Origin: Nemertoderma westbladi
Lineage: Eukaryota > Animalia > Xenacoelomorpha
Reading direction: 5' to 3'
Assembly: GCA_032718475.1 (NCBI GenBank)
Contig: JAUCBJ010000644.1
Location: 88,234-152,233, forward strand
Length of the DNA: 64,000 bases
The notes under the pieces are model-generated. The model was given only the letters and a program-made list of their open reading frames with translations. It was not told the DNA's origin and ran no database searches. Shown here one piece after another: positions 1-11,700 of this stretch. Position 1 is the first letter of the stretch. The number at the start of each line of letters is the position of its first letter. Position numbers and translations under genes: made by a program.

Positions 1-1108
1 TAGAATTAGGTTAATTCCAATGCATACAGATCTGGGATGCTATTTAATAGTAATTCTTTAATGGTCCAATATCTCGTTTATATATGATTTTATAAATTTT
101 ATCGGCTATTGACTCATACATGGGAGATTCTCACACTCTAACACACTTAATAGGATGAATCTCCGCTCCCGTGATCTATTAATTAATGGGATTTTGGGAA
201 TGTTATAAATTGCACAGAATGACAATTTATTAAATTCATTAAAATATGAATTTAAATTTATTCCCTGAAATTTTATTATTTGATAGTACAATTGACACAA
301 TTTGATTCCAGAGCAGGTCTGGGGACATAGGATCCTTAATTCTATGAAAATTGTCTTTTAAGAGTATCGGTAAGTGCTACGATATCTTAATCGACTAGAA
401 TTGTTAAAGGATCTGAATTTTACAGATTTTGATTTATAGATTTGTAAATATTAAATAATTAATATTTGAGATGGGCACCAATTTATTCCAGAACTTGTCT
501 GGGGACGTTAACCACTGATTCTAGAATTTGTCTTTCAAGTATATCGGTGGGTGCCGCGATATCTTAATCGACTAGAATTACAGATGGTCAAAAGGTTTAA
601 CAGATTTATTTGCGTTTCACGCTACTGTTAGAGGGACATCACGCTACTATATGTATTATTATATATGGTATGAGAGCAATATCGCACGAAGCAATGTCAG
701 TGTGAAGAGGAAAGTCGTTTCCAAGGTCTACCCAGAGCTTGGTTTAGCCGAGACACGAGGATCTGAACTTTGCATTCCTAATACTCTGCCTACCAATAAT
801 ACTTGAATATAGTAGTGGCTTTATTGTACTTTAATAAGTACGGACATTTCATCTTACTGTAGTCACGTATTTATAATATGATACGGACAGTAAGGAAAGA
901 GAAAAATAATTATTTCTCGCCGTCGCACTAAATATATATTATAAGTAATTACGTACGTAATAAACAATAATATATTGCACTAATCTACTAAATAATCACT
1001 AAAATAACATTCTACTAAATAAAATTAAAGAAAACGATTATAATAAAATTACATAATAATACATACATAAATATAAAATAAAAACAAATATAAAATGATA
1101 TAGTCACA
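1..1108 (-). mobile_element. Probable 3' LTR of the BEL/Pao element (far boundary undefined, may run past the window edge)
   Basis: On -, the ORF stop (1127) is followed by purine-rich GGAGTGGGCG (1118-1109, PPT-like), then TGTGAC at 1108, a typical TG LTR start. Contains a diverged ~180-bp direct repeat (301-410 vs 481-580). No second LTR copy found to confirm. Confidence 0.5.
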
Positions 1109-1126
1109 CGCCCACTCCATATGTTA

Positions 1127-4100
1127 TTACGTTATGGAGTCCCTAGATATTTGTCGGATTAGGGAAGTGGTCGTAGGAAGAGTATCTTGCCTTCCATAGT
1201 TTCCGGACAGTTTTCGGTCTCTTTCCAGTAAACATAGACGACCAGCTGGGCGATTGAGTTGTTGTGTTACTTTCTCCGCTCCCTTGGCCTGTCTAATCTC
1301 CGCCGTGGTAAGATGAGGAGGCCATTCTTCTTCTTCTTTACTTAAGAAGTCGGATCCACCTAACCAGCCTGGAGTATCTATCAGTTCTTGAGGAGTTGCT
1401 CCTCTGGAAGCAATGTCGGCTGGATTAATCGTCCCAAGGCAATGTCTCCATTGATCTATAGTGGAGTTAATATCGTCATTATCTGAGGAGTATGGTGTTC
1501 CCTCAGTTGGATCGTCCACCTCACTGCTCTCCACTTCCCATTCCTTTACTTGGTATACCTGTTCTTGAGGTAATCTCTCTTTGAGAGTTCTACGGGAAGG
1601 GCCAGTGAAGTACCAACCTACTCTAGTTCTTACCGCATAGGTTTGTAGTGGCTGTGGTTGAGCAGGCTGTTTCTCCAATGTCTCTAGCGCCTCATGCGCG
1701 TTTTGGCCGATGAGTATTTGCACTCCAGGATAATCTGTGTGGAATCGAGGTATCTTAAGCTGCTGGATGCTCTCGTCCTCGTCCCAGTTATAAGGTTCTA
1801 CTTGGGTAGTAGCGAAGTTCTTTATAGCCACCATTTTTACTGACCTTATACTTTGTTCTCCTAATTTATCCTGGGGGGTGGACAACGCACCTACATAGTA
1901 ATCTGCCGTTATGGTAGATTTCCAAACCTGCATAATTCCTGACATATTCAACTTAGTTCGGAATTTGGGTTGTCCAGCAAAGATGTCTTCGGCTAGTTCT
2001 TGATCGATGAATGTTCCTGTGCTGCCGGAGTCAAGGAGGGCATTCACTATGTAACTTTTGTTAGGACCGTGAACTCTTACCTGCACTACAGGAAATTCTC
2101 TGATTCCTACGTTGGAAGTTGGAGGTTTCCAAGATGGTTGTCTGTCAAAGGTAGTTGGGGGGAACTCATTGTCGGTGTCCTTTTCATACGTAAGTGCTCG
2201 ATACACTGCGGTATTTATTAGGTAACAGGATTCGTTGGCGTCGGAGAATTCGTCCGTATAGAATCCTTCCATCTCAGATTCTTGATCAGTGTCATTTTCA
2301 TCACTGAATTGGACATGTAGTTCGGGCTCACTTACCTGACTCGGGTTGTTTCGTTCGAATTCACTGTGTAACAAGATGTGATGTTTCGCACCGCACTTTG
2401 CACACTTTACGTCGGAGTAACAGGTTTGCCGTTGGTGTCCTTGTCTGAGGCAATTATAGCATAACCGCTTATCCCACATGACTTCACGTCTGTCTACCAG
2501 GGATTTCTTTAGGAATTCAGCACACACACTCAAACGGTGGGGCCCGTCGCACAGCGCACATTTTGGTTTGATGTTACTCACTTTACCTTGGGCATCGTTA
2601 TGCACTCTCGTTCTTTCTTCGGGCTTTCTTCCGTGAATTCTCTTAGGAGACGTAGGAGGAGTTGTTGTTACCTGTTCTCTCCTGTCACTGGTTCGAGACT
2701 TATATTTACTTACGTCTTTATAGGTCTTGTTGTCATAGTAAGATTTTGCTGTGTCTTTCCCGCTGTCCTCTTCTTGAGAAGCTTGGCTTTCGCCGTCGTC
2801 AGTATAACACACTGGTGTTACCCTTCTCCTAGAAACGGGTTTCTCACTTACCTTATTTTCCGATGTTTTCTCTCTGGACTGCTTTATGAGTTGTAATTTT
2901 ACTTCACTATCTAAGAAGGACATGAGATCAGCCATGGTAGGGCCTCGTTGTTGCTGCTCATTCATATACAACACCTTCTTGTCCCAGCGTGTACATACTC
3001 CACCCTTTGGTAAAGTAGAGACTATGGCTCCAATAACCATGGAACTCTGATATTCATGAGACTTACCTAACCAATCCAATTGTCTACAGATCTCCTGAAT
3101 CTCATCGGAAAACTCTATAATCCCGCTACTAAGGAACTTTCGGGGGGCTACTAATTTTGCATACAAATACTTAGCTATGTTATCCTTGTTACCATACCTG
3201 ATGTTTAATGTATCCCAAACTTGTCTTAATCCATCTGGATGTCCAATAAACTTTAACGCCATTAACTTGGGAGGTCCTTCCAAGCACTTGATGAGGAATC
3301 TAAGTTTCTCTCCGTTAGATAGTACAGAATTCTGTATGCTATCTTTGTAATATTCATTGAAAGGTAACCATTTCATCTCATCTCCATTGAATTTGACGAT
3401 TTCTCCCACTTTGACCGCTTGGCGGGCTTCTGTTCTAGCCATCTGACGCGTAAAGCTTTCTTGGGCCATCGTATTATTTAATATCGAATTATCGGTATAT
3501 AAATTTCCCGGATTATTATCAGGTCTATAGGGAATATCATCAACAACAGGTTTATAATCACCCTTAATAGGGTTTGCTATAGGAGTTTCTACTTCACTAG
3601 CAGTATAGATGCGTGTAGGCTCCACACCTTGCGCATGTAATACTTCAGACCTAACAGGTTGACACAATGTTACAGGGGGTATTGGTATACCCTTTTGTAT
3701 ATTGACTAATTTGTCGCGTTCTAGCACGATACTTTGCTGCACTTCTTGCAATTCTAACATACTTTCCCTTACTGTTCCCTTGAGTTGGTGGACAGTCTCC
3801 TGCATCTGTCCGAGCAGGAGATTCATCCCCCGCCGTCCCTCCTCTACCCACTCGACCGCCGAAGCGGGAGTCGCCAACATTGTAGCGGGCAGACGCGGGA
3901 CGACGGGAGACAAATCTTTGATTTCTCTCTCAGCGTCCAGGACAGGGATATTCTCATGGACTGTTCTACCGGGTACAGGCAGTGTAGTACTGTGTAAAGG
4001 GAATTTAGAGTTAAGCTCTGGAAGTACAGGGGTCTCTAGCACAGAAGTGGCTTTGGGAACGACAGGCCTAATTATTTCAGGCTCATCAACTATCGTAGGG

Positions 4101-5245
4101 AGTCTTTTGACCTTCATAATTTGGTCTGTGGGTTCTGTACTACCTAAGTCTGTGCTAGCTAGTTGTCTTCTAAAAGCTGGGGGCAAATCAGCCAATTTGT
4201 GACGGTGAGATGTTTTTCTACGCCTGCTTAGACGAGATCTATTTCCTCCGCCTTCAGGATCTGTAGTCTCGCCTTCCTCCGATGATGTGTATTCCTGGCG
4301 TTTGGGAGTAGATCGACTCATCATCTGCATTTGACTAGCAGTTAATTGTTTATTTATGTTGTCTTGCGTCTCTTGCAGATTTTCCAACTCCAGTTGGGTA
4401 GTCTCCTCAGACGCTCTCCGTTCTGCTTCTGCCACTGCCTTTGCCGCCTTTCTTTCCGCTTCTGCTTCTGCCATTGCCATTGCCACCTTTCTTTCCACTT
4501 CTGCTTCTGCCATTGCCGCTGCTACTGCTGCTGCCTTTCGGTCCTCTATCCGTTTTTTCTTTACTTGTTCTTCTTGGACTCTAGCGAGGCGGAGTTTTTC
4601 ATCAAATTTAGCTTGGTTTGCTGCTAACATTTCCGCATCGATTGAGTCCAACACAAGCTTGGTTCCTTCACTATTAGGGTGAAGTCCAGACAGTCGTCTC
4701 CTCAACTCTTCGTCTCCTAGGAATCGCTGATAGTCTGACAGATAGATGTCAATGGCGTCTCTAGTTCGCGGCTTCTCTGCTGCTGTTAATTCGCTTTCCA
4801 CTTCGCTTTCCACTTCGCTTTCCACTTGAGAAGAAGTGGCGTCGGTTGATTCTTCATAGGTTGGCCGCTCATCATAAACCGTATCCGCCATCTTCGCTCC
4901 GCGTTCGGGCGTCCGCTCAACAGTATCCGAACTACTGGAGCTATCGGGCCGCTGAGAACTAGGTTCTTGGCTAGGAGGTTGCTGCTGTTTGATAGCTGCT
5001 TCTTGATCCCGCTTGTCTTGGGCCCGAGTGCCTATGATAGATCTACGCTGTTCTACTAGCCTAGGGTCTGACACTACTACTGTAGGGATGGCCTTTCTTA
5101 CAATAATAGGTGACTTAGACTTGGATCTAGGATGTTCTATACTTTGATCTTGGTCACAGATCCTTTTAATACGCTGTCTAAGTCTAATACTCATTCTAAC
5201 ACTTTCTAAGAGACTATCTGACAGTGATTGGGTTGCGTCTGACAT
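1127..5245 (-). CDS. BEL/Pao LTR retrotransposon Gag-protease polyprotein, internally deleted (no RT or integrase core)
   Basis: 1372-aa open ORF. Has a DUF1759-like Gag segment (KFNGDEMKWLPF..EKLRFLIKCLEG..LNIRYGN), the Pao triple Cys-His array (CALCDGPHRLSVC, CYNCLRQGHQRQTC, CAKCGAKHHILLH) and an aspartic protease (ALLDSGS..ILIGQN). It then jumps to the Pao RNase H tail WRHCLGTINPADIASRG and the post-integrase tail RPAGRLCLL. Confidence 0.9.
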   Translation of the reverse strand: MSDATQSLSDSLLESVRMSIRLRQRIKRICDQDQSIEHPRSKSKSPIIVRKAIPTVVVSDPRLVEQRRSIIGTRAQDKRDQEAAIKQQQPPSQEPSSQRPDSSSSSDTVERTPERGAKMADTVYDERPTYEESTDATSSQVESEVESEVESELTAAEKPRTRDAIDIYLSDYQRFLGDEELRRRLSGLHPNSEGTKLVLDSIDAEMLAANQAKFDEKLRLARVQEEQVKKKRIEDRKAAAVAAAMAEAEVERKVAMAMAEAEAERKAAKAVAEAERRASEETTQLELENLQETQDNINKQLTASQMQMMSRSTPKRQEYTSSEEGETTDPEGGGNRSRLSRRRKTSHRHKLADLPPAFRRQLASTDLGSTEPTDQIMKVKRLPTIVDEPEIIRPVVPKATSVLETPVLPELNSKFPLHSTTLPVPGRTVHENIPVLDAEREIKDLSPVVPRLPATMLATPASAVEWVEEGRRGMNLLLGQMQETVHQLKGTVRESMLELQEVQQSIVLERDKLVNIQKGIPIPPVTLCQPVRSEVLHAQGVEPTRIYTASEVETPIANPIKGDYKPVVDDIPYRPDNNPGNLYTDNSILNNTMAQESFTRQMARTEARQAVKVGEIVKFNGDEMKWLPFNEYYKDSIQNSVLSNGEKLRFLIKCLEGPPKLMALKFIGHPDGLRQVWDTLNIRYGNKDNIAKYLYAKLVAPRKFLSSGIIEFSDEIQEICRQLDWLGKSHEYQSSMVIGAIVSTLPKGGVCTRWDKKVLYMNEQQQRGPTMADLMSFLDSEVKLQLIKQSREKTSENKVSEKPVSRRRVTPVCYTDDGESQASQEEDSGKDTAKSYYDNKTYKDVSKYKSRTSDRREQVTTTPPTSPKRIHGRKPEERTRVHNDAQGKVSNIKPKCALCDGPHRLSVCAEFLKKSLVDRREVMWDKRLCYNCLRQGHQRQTCYSDVKCAKCGAKHHILLHSEFERNNPSQVSEPELHVQFSDENDTDQESEMEGFYTDEFSDANESCYLINTAVYRALTYEKDTDNEFPPTTFDRQPSWKPPTSNVGIREFPVVQVRVHGPNKSYIVNALLDSGSTGTFIDQELAEDIFAGQPKFRTKLNMSGIMQVWKSTITADYYVGALSTPQDKLGEQSIRSVKMVAIKNFATTQVEPYNWDEDESIQQLKIPRFHTDYPGVQILIGQNAHEALETLEKQPAQPQPLQTYAVRTRVGWYFTGPSRRTLKERLPQEQVYQVKEWEVESSEVDDPTEGTPYSSDNDDINSTIDQWRHCLGTINPADIASRGATPQELIDTPGWLGGSDFLSKEEEEWPPHLTTAEIRQAKGAEKVTQQLNRPAGRLCLLERDRKLSGNYGRQDTLPTTTSLIRQISRDSIT

Positions 5246-5384
5246 GTTTGTTTACACAGTTGAATGCCTACGGCTATAAATACAGTTAAATTAAGTCTAG
5301 TAATTCAGTATCACTGTTAGCCTAATAATTAATTACCGCTACTGCTACTCAGTATAACGTGGTATATATATAAAATATATTAGA

Positions 5385-5633
5385 ATACCGGTATACTTAT
5401 AGTATATATAAGTATTATTTCAGACTAGATTTATCACAGAATACCGGTATATAATTTTAGCACAAATATATATAAATATATAATAGGCCTATCGTGAATA
5501 CCGGTATACAGCCTACACTTATATTATATATAAGTATAATTATTACAGACTAGAATTAATTACAGAATACCGGTATGATTTCAGCCTAAATTTATAGAAA
5601 TAAATATAATAAGCCTATTGTAAATACCGGTAT
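5385..5633. repeat. Degenerate ~120-bp tandem repeat with five ATACCGGTAT palindromes
   Basis: ATACCGGTAT at 5385, 5441, 5498, 5567 and 5624; alternate spacers share CAGACTAGA or GCCTAT motifs. Confidence 0.8.
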
Positions 5634-6620
5634 GTCAATTATTTTAAAATAATTGAATTTCTGAATGTTAGGGGTTACTTGGTTACTTTACTCACTTTAT
5701 TACCGTTATTTGAGCAGCAGTCCAACTGATATTAAGACCTAAGTGTTGTATAACAGGCCTACTATTTTATTAATAGATTTAGTGGATTTATATATACCCG
5801 TATGAGGGGTTTTGTTACAATATTGAAATAGATGTTACTATTTCTGGGAAATAATCACTACACAGAAGCTGTGCGCTCTCAGTGAAGTGCTACTTATTGG
5901 ACACTAAAACAGATAATTCTACTTCCTAAGTTACTTATCTACGAATTACTTACGATACGGGTGAGATTAATTCTCTAACTAAACACAACAAAAATATTAC
6001 GTACGAAATTTTAGGGTAATTTTACAGGGAAACTACAAACCAGTCTAACAAAGGGTTAGAACTTCTGGTTATTACAACAGACAGGATACTACGGTATTTG
6101 AGAATAATAAAGCAGTAGTCAATATACTGCGTTGTCCAGATAGGAAAAATACCACCGTCTGACGACCTATAGCCGTATCGCTATAGGTACTACGTTATGT
6201 ATCACGGAGTGTCCCTACCTAGAAGTTAATTACCGCGGTCTACCAGAACCAACGTGCCTATTAACCACTTTACAACACAAATATACTGCCTACATACTAA
6301 TTACCTTCGGAAAGCACTGTACACTAAACCCTAAATTAGGTACAAGTACTTGTATAACAAATAATCAGTAGTTAAAATACTTGAACAGCTAAAAGAACCA
6401 CGGCATCTGCTGGAGTGACCAAAGCACAAAATCTCCGGTCTTTACCTACGCCAAGCAGCCCGTGTAGTACCGGGGTTAATTTAACTATAACGGTATGTAT
6501 AACAAGCACAATTACTGTAGGAATAAACTTGGGGACATGAATGTTGCGAATAATCGCATAAACTCTGAATAATAAATATTACGCTACCCGTACAGAATAC
6601 TCAAACAAAATACAAACCAA

Positions 6621-7131
6621 ACGCTGGCAGACTACTATCAAGCCTAAATAAACTACAGTATGTGCAGATTCCAAAATGGTTAGTTAGTATGCGTTCTAAC
6701 ACGGTAGTACGACTTATTCTTTAGGAGGGGGTTGACCTTACAACTCAAGATGCCCCAACTTACTAACTGGCACTTTATCGGACAGACTCTACACACGCCG
6801 CAATCTTCAGACCTAATAACAGCCAGACAACAATCCAGCCTACAAAATATCTGAGTAATAACTATTACGGTACCTGAACAGACCACACCAACAAACACAG
6901 GCCAAGACGCTGGCAGACTACTATCAAGCCTAAATAAACTACAGTATATGCAGATTCCAAAATGGTTAGTTAGTATGCGTTCTAACTCGGTAGTACGACT
7001 TATTCTTTAAGAGGGGGTTGACCTTACAACTCAAGATGCCCCTACTTACTAACTGGCACTTTATCGGACAGACTCTACACACACTGCAATCCGTTCAGAC
7101 CTAACAACAGTCAGACAACAGTCTAGCCTAC
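6621..7131. repeat. Two-copy direct repeat, period 286 bp, upstream of the BEL ORF
   Basis: ACGCTGGCAGACTACTATCAAGCC... starts at 6621 and 6907 and stays near-identical for about 225 bp. Confidence 0.9.
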
Positions 7132-8732
7132 ATATTGTCTGTACAGACTGAGCAGGCTTACACGCCTTCTGCTCAATACTAGCCTACAAATAAATAAAAC
7201 TGACAGAAATAAGTAAGCTCCAAAAGAAACAAGGGGTGTACAGTCCCTAATCTCTTAAACAGCCTACCAGTATACAATATCACAATCGAAATAGTACTGA
7301 TATACCTGTACTGTTGTAAGTACCGGTCCGGGTGATCAGGCAGTCAGGCCTACTGGTTACCGGTCGACCGGTACCTTAGTCTTGATCGCTTACGCCACAA
7401 TCAAGATCCTACAAACGGTTATTGTTCTTACCAGAACAATATTAAACTGTATTTATTGCCTACACTGCAATCAAGAATTTTACAAACTGTTATTGTTCGC
7501 GCTTTTAAGACCTTTGGCAGTTTAACCCGCCAAATCTATATGTCTTCTAGGTTATAAATCTACTCCAGCCTATGACAAGTATTGAACACCTATAATAATT
7601 CTAACATTAGCCAAAGCCAGTCTGTGCGCGACCATTCACCCGCTGGATATACCCGGGAGACTGGATTTGGATGCTTTAATTTGATTGCGGTGCAGGCCTA
7701 CCGTACTATTCGATTGATCGTTAATATATAATCTCTGACGAATATTATTCACTTTCGGGAAATATTAGCAGTTCCTTTAGGACGTGGCGCTCTATCTATT
7801 TAAACAGAGCTATGACTTACACTATACACAACAGTATGTCTTATAGATCACAAAAGTGCATTCTTTAGGAAATGCTTTGTTACTCGGTCAAGCACACACA
7901 GACTATTGCACACAACTGCACACTGAATTGCCGACATTCACTGATTTTAATCATATATAAAGAGAATAACAACCGACATTTGTAGGGCCTATTAAGTAGC
8001 ATTGAACTCACTACAAACCACGATAATGTATGTCGCAAATTGTTATATGTAACCGGTCTCCCTAACCTTAGTGTATCAAGAAGATTGGGTTTTCAGATCG
8101 TTATCAATATTCTTCCCAATAATAATATGTAAACGAACGATACAATTAACAACACAGTAAATAGCAGTAAATAATGCGGCGAAAAGCAGTTTACGTCAGG
8201 GTGCTTAATCAGATGCAGAGGTGCAAAACCGTGTTAACCGAGTTGACCAAGATAACAGTTTGATGATCTTATAATTAAAGACGCTCTAATGTCAGAAAAC
8301 ATTCCCCGGCCAGTGTTCTAGGCGTGGGGGGAAACGTCAGTACTGAATCCTGTAATTCTGCTGTACAGCTTTTACACAAAGAGGGAATCTCTGATTGGTC
8401 GAATGGCAAAAAGCTCCACGTGGATACAGCTGATAGATGTCGTCATTTTGAGCTGAACAGAACAAAGAACCAAGGCAAGGCTCCGGGCAAGCTACACATG
8501 TAAAGCTCAGCCGTTAGCTGTCGTCATAGTAACGACACTGTTTCAAGAGGATCTAGGGCGTTGCGTCATAGAATTGCTAATTATGTCCTCTAAAGTACAC
8601 ATACAGAAGAAATAGCTTTTATGTCCCCTAAAAACACCGGTACAGCAATGACACGGCCTTTTATGCCTGCTAAACCAACTACAGAGTACTTTACGGGGAA
8701 AATAACCGGGCAATTCCGCAAAAGCTTTTACA

Positions 8733-11700
8733 CCCCACCTATTCCGGCTACTTTGATACCTTGGTATCCTAACTCGTCCCACCCATTGCGGCTACTTTGA
8801 TACCTTGGTATCCTAACTCGCCCCACCCATTGCGGCTACTTTGATACCTTGGTATCCTAACTCGCCCCACCCATTGCGGCTACTTTGATACCTTGGTATC
8901 CTAACTCGCCCCACCTATTCCGGCTACTTTGATACCTTGGTATCCTAACTCGCCCCACCTATTCAGGCTACTTTGATACCTTGGTATCCTAACTCGCCCC
9001 ACCCATTGCGGCTACTTTGATACCTTGGTATCCTAACTCGCCCCACCCATTGCGGCTACTTTGATACCTTTGTATCCTATCTCGCCCCACCTATTCCGGC
9101 TACTTTGATTCCTTGGTATCCTAACTCGCCCCACCTATTCCGGCTACTTTGATACCTTGGTATCCTAACTCGCCCCACCCATTGCGGCTACTTTGATTCC
9201 TTGGTATCCTAACTCGCCCCACCTATTCCGGCTACTTTGATACCTTGGTATCCTAACTCGCCTCACCCATTCCGGCTACTTTGATACCTTGGTATCCTAA
9301 CTCGCCTCACCCATTCCGGCTACTTTGATACCTTGGTATCCTAACTCGCCCCACCTATTCCGTCTACTTTGATACCTTGGTATCCTAACTCGCCCCACAC
9401 ATTCCAGCTACTTTGATACCTTGGTATCCTAACTCGCCCCACCCATTCCGTCTACTTTGATACCTTGGTATCCTAACTCGCCCCACCCATTGGGGCTACT
9501 TTGATACCTTGGTATCCTAACTCGCCCCACCCATTGCGGCTACTTTGATACCTTGGTATCCTAACTCGCCCCACCTATTCCGTCTACTTTGATACCTTGG
9601 TATCCTAACTCGCCCCACCCATTCCGGCTACTTTGATACCTTGGTATCCTAACTCGCCCCACCTATTCCGGCTACTTTGATACCTTGGTATCCTAACTCG
9701 CCCCACCTATTCCGATTACTTTGATACCTTGGTATCCTAACTCGCCCCACCCATTCCGGCTACTTTGATACCTTGGTATGCTAACTCGCCCCACCTATTC
9801 CGGCTACTTTGATACCTTGGTATCCTAACTCGCCCCACCTATTCCGGCTTCTTTGATACCTGGTATCCTAACTCGCCCCACCCATTGCGGCTACTTCGAT
9901 TCCTTGGTATCCTAACTCGCCTCACCCATTGCGGCTACTTCGATTCCTTGGTATCCTAACTCGCCCCACCTATTCCGGCTACTTTGATACCTTGGTATCC
10001 TAACTCGCCCCACCTATTCCGGCTACTTTGATACCTGGTATCCTAACTCGCCCCACCCATTGCGGCTACTTCGATTCCTTGGTATCCTAACTCGCCTCAC
10101 CCATTGCGGCTACTTCGATTCCTTGGTATCCTAACTCGTCCCACCTATTCCGGCTACTTTGATACCTTGGTATCCTAACTCGCCCCACCCATTCCGGCTA
10201 CTTTGATACCTTGGTATCCTAACTCGCCCCACCTATTCCGTCTACTTTGATACCTTGGTATCCTAACTCGTCCCACCTATTCCGGCTACTTTGATACCTT
10301 GGTATCCTAACTCGCCCCACCCATTGCGGCTACTTCGATTCCTTGGTATCCTAACTCGCCTCACCCATTGCGGCTACTTCGATTCCTTGGTATCCTAACT
10401 CGCCCCACCTATTCCGGCTACTTTGATACCTTGGTATCCTAACTCGCCCCACCCATTCCGTCTACTTTGATACCTTGGTATCCTAACTCGCCCCACCCAT
10501 TGCGGCTACTTCGATTCCTTGGTATCCTAACTCGCCTCACCCATTGCGGCTACTTCGATTCCTTGGTATCCTAACTCGCCCCACCTATTCCGGCTACTTT
10601 GATACCTTGGTATCCTAACTCGCCCCACCCATTCCGTCTACTTTGATACCTTGGTATCCTAACTCGTCCCACCTATTCCGGCTACTTTGATACCTTGGTA
10701 TCCTAACTCGCCCCACCCATTGCGGCTACTTCGATTCCTTGGTATCCTAACTCGCCTCACCCATTGCGGCTACTTCGATTCCTTGGTATCCTAACTCGCC
10801 CCACCTATTCCGGCTACTTTGATACCTTGGTATCCTAACTCGCCCCACCCATTCCGGCTACTTTGATACCTTGGTATCCTAACTCGCCCCACCTATTCCG
10901 TCTACTTTGATACCTTGGTATCCTAACTCGTCCCACCTATTCCGGCTACTTTGATACCTTGGTATCCTAACTCGCCCCACCCATTGCGGCTACTTCGATT
11001 CCTTGGTATCCTAACTCGCCTCACCCATTGCGGCTACTTCGATTCCTTGGTATCCTAACTCGCCCCACCTATTCCGGCTACTTTGATACCTTGGTATCCT
11101 AACTCGCCCCACCCATTCCGTCTACTTTGATACCTTGGTATCCTAACTCGCCCCACCTATTCCGGCTACTTTGATACCTTGGTATCCTAACTCGCCTCAC
11201 CCATTGCGGCTACTTCGATTCCTTGGTATCCTAACTCGCCCCACCTATTCCGGCTACTTTGATACCTTGGTATCCTAACTCGCCCCACCCATTGCGGCTA
11301 CTTCGATTCCTTGGTATCCTAACTCGCCTCACCCATTGCGGCTACTTCGATTCCTTGGTATCCTAACTCGCCCCACCTATTCCGGCTACTTTGATACCTT
11401 GGTATCCTAACTCGCCTCACCCATTGCGGCTACTTTGATACCTTGGTATCCTAACTCGCCCCACCCATTGCGGCTACTTTGATACCTTGGTATCCTAACT
11501 CGCCCCACCCATTGCGGCTACTTTGATACCTTGGTATCCTAACTCGCCCCACCTATTCCGGCTACTTTGATACCTTGGTATCCTAACTCGCCTCACCCAT
11601 TGCGGCTACTTTGATACCTTGGTATCCTAACTCGCCCCACCCATTGCGGCTACTTTGATACCTTGGTATCCTAACTCGCCCCACCCATTGCGGCTACTTT

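Noticed and set aside
2000-4682. Plus-strand ORFs overlapping the BEL ORF
   Set aside because: Antisense shadows with no recognisable motifs.
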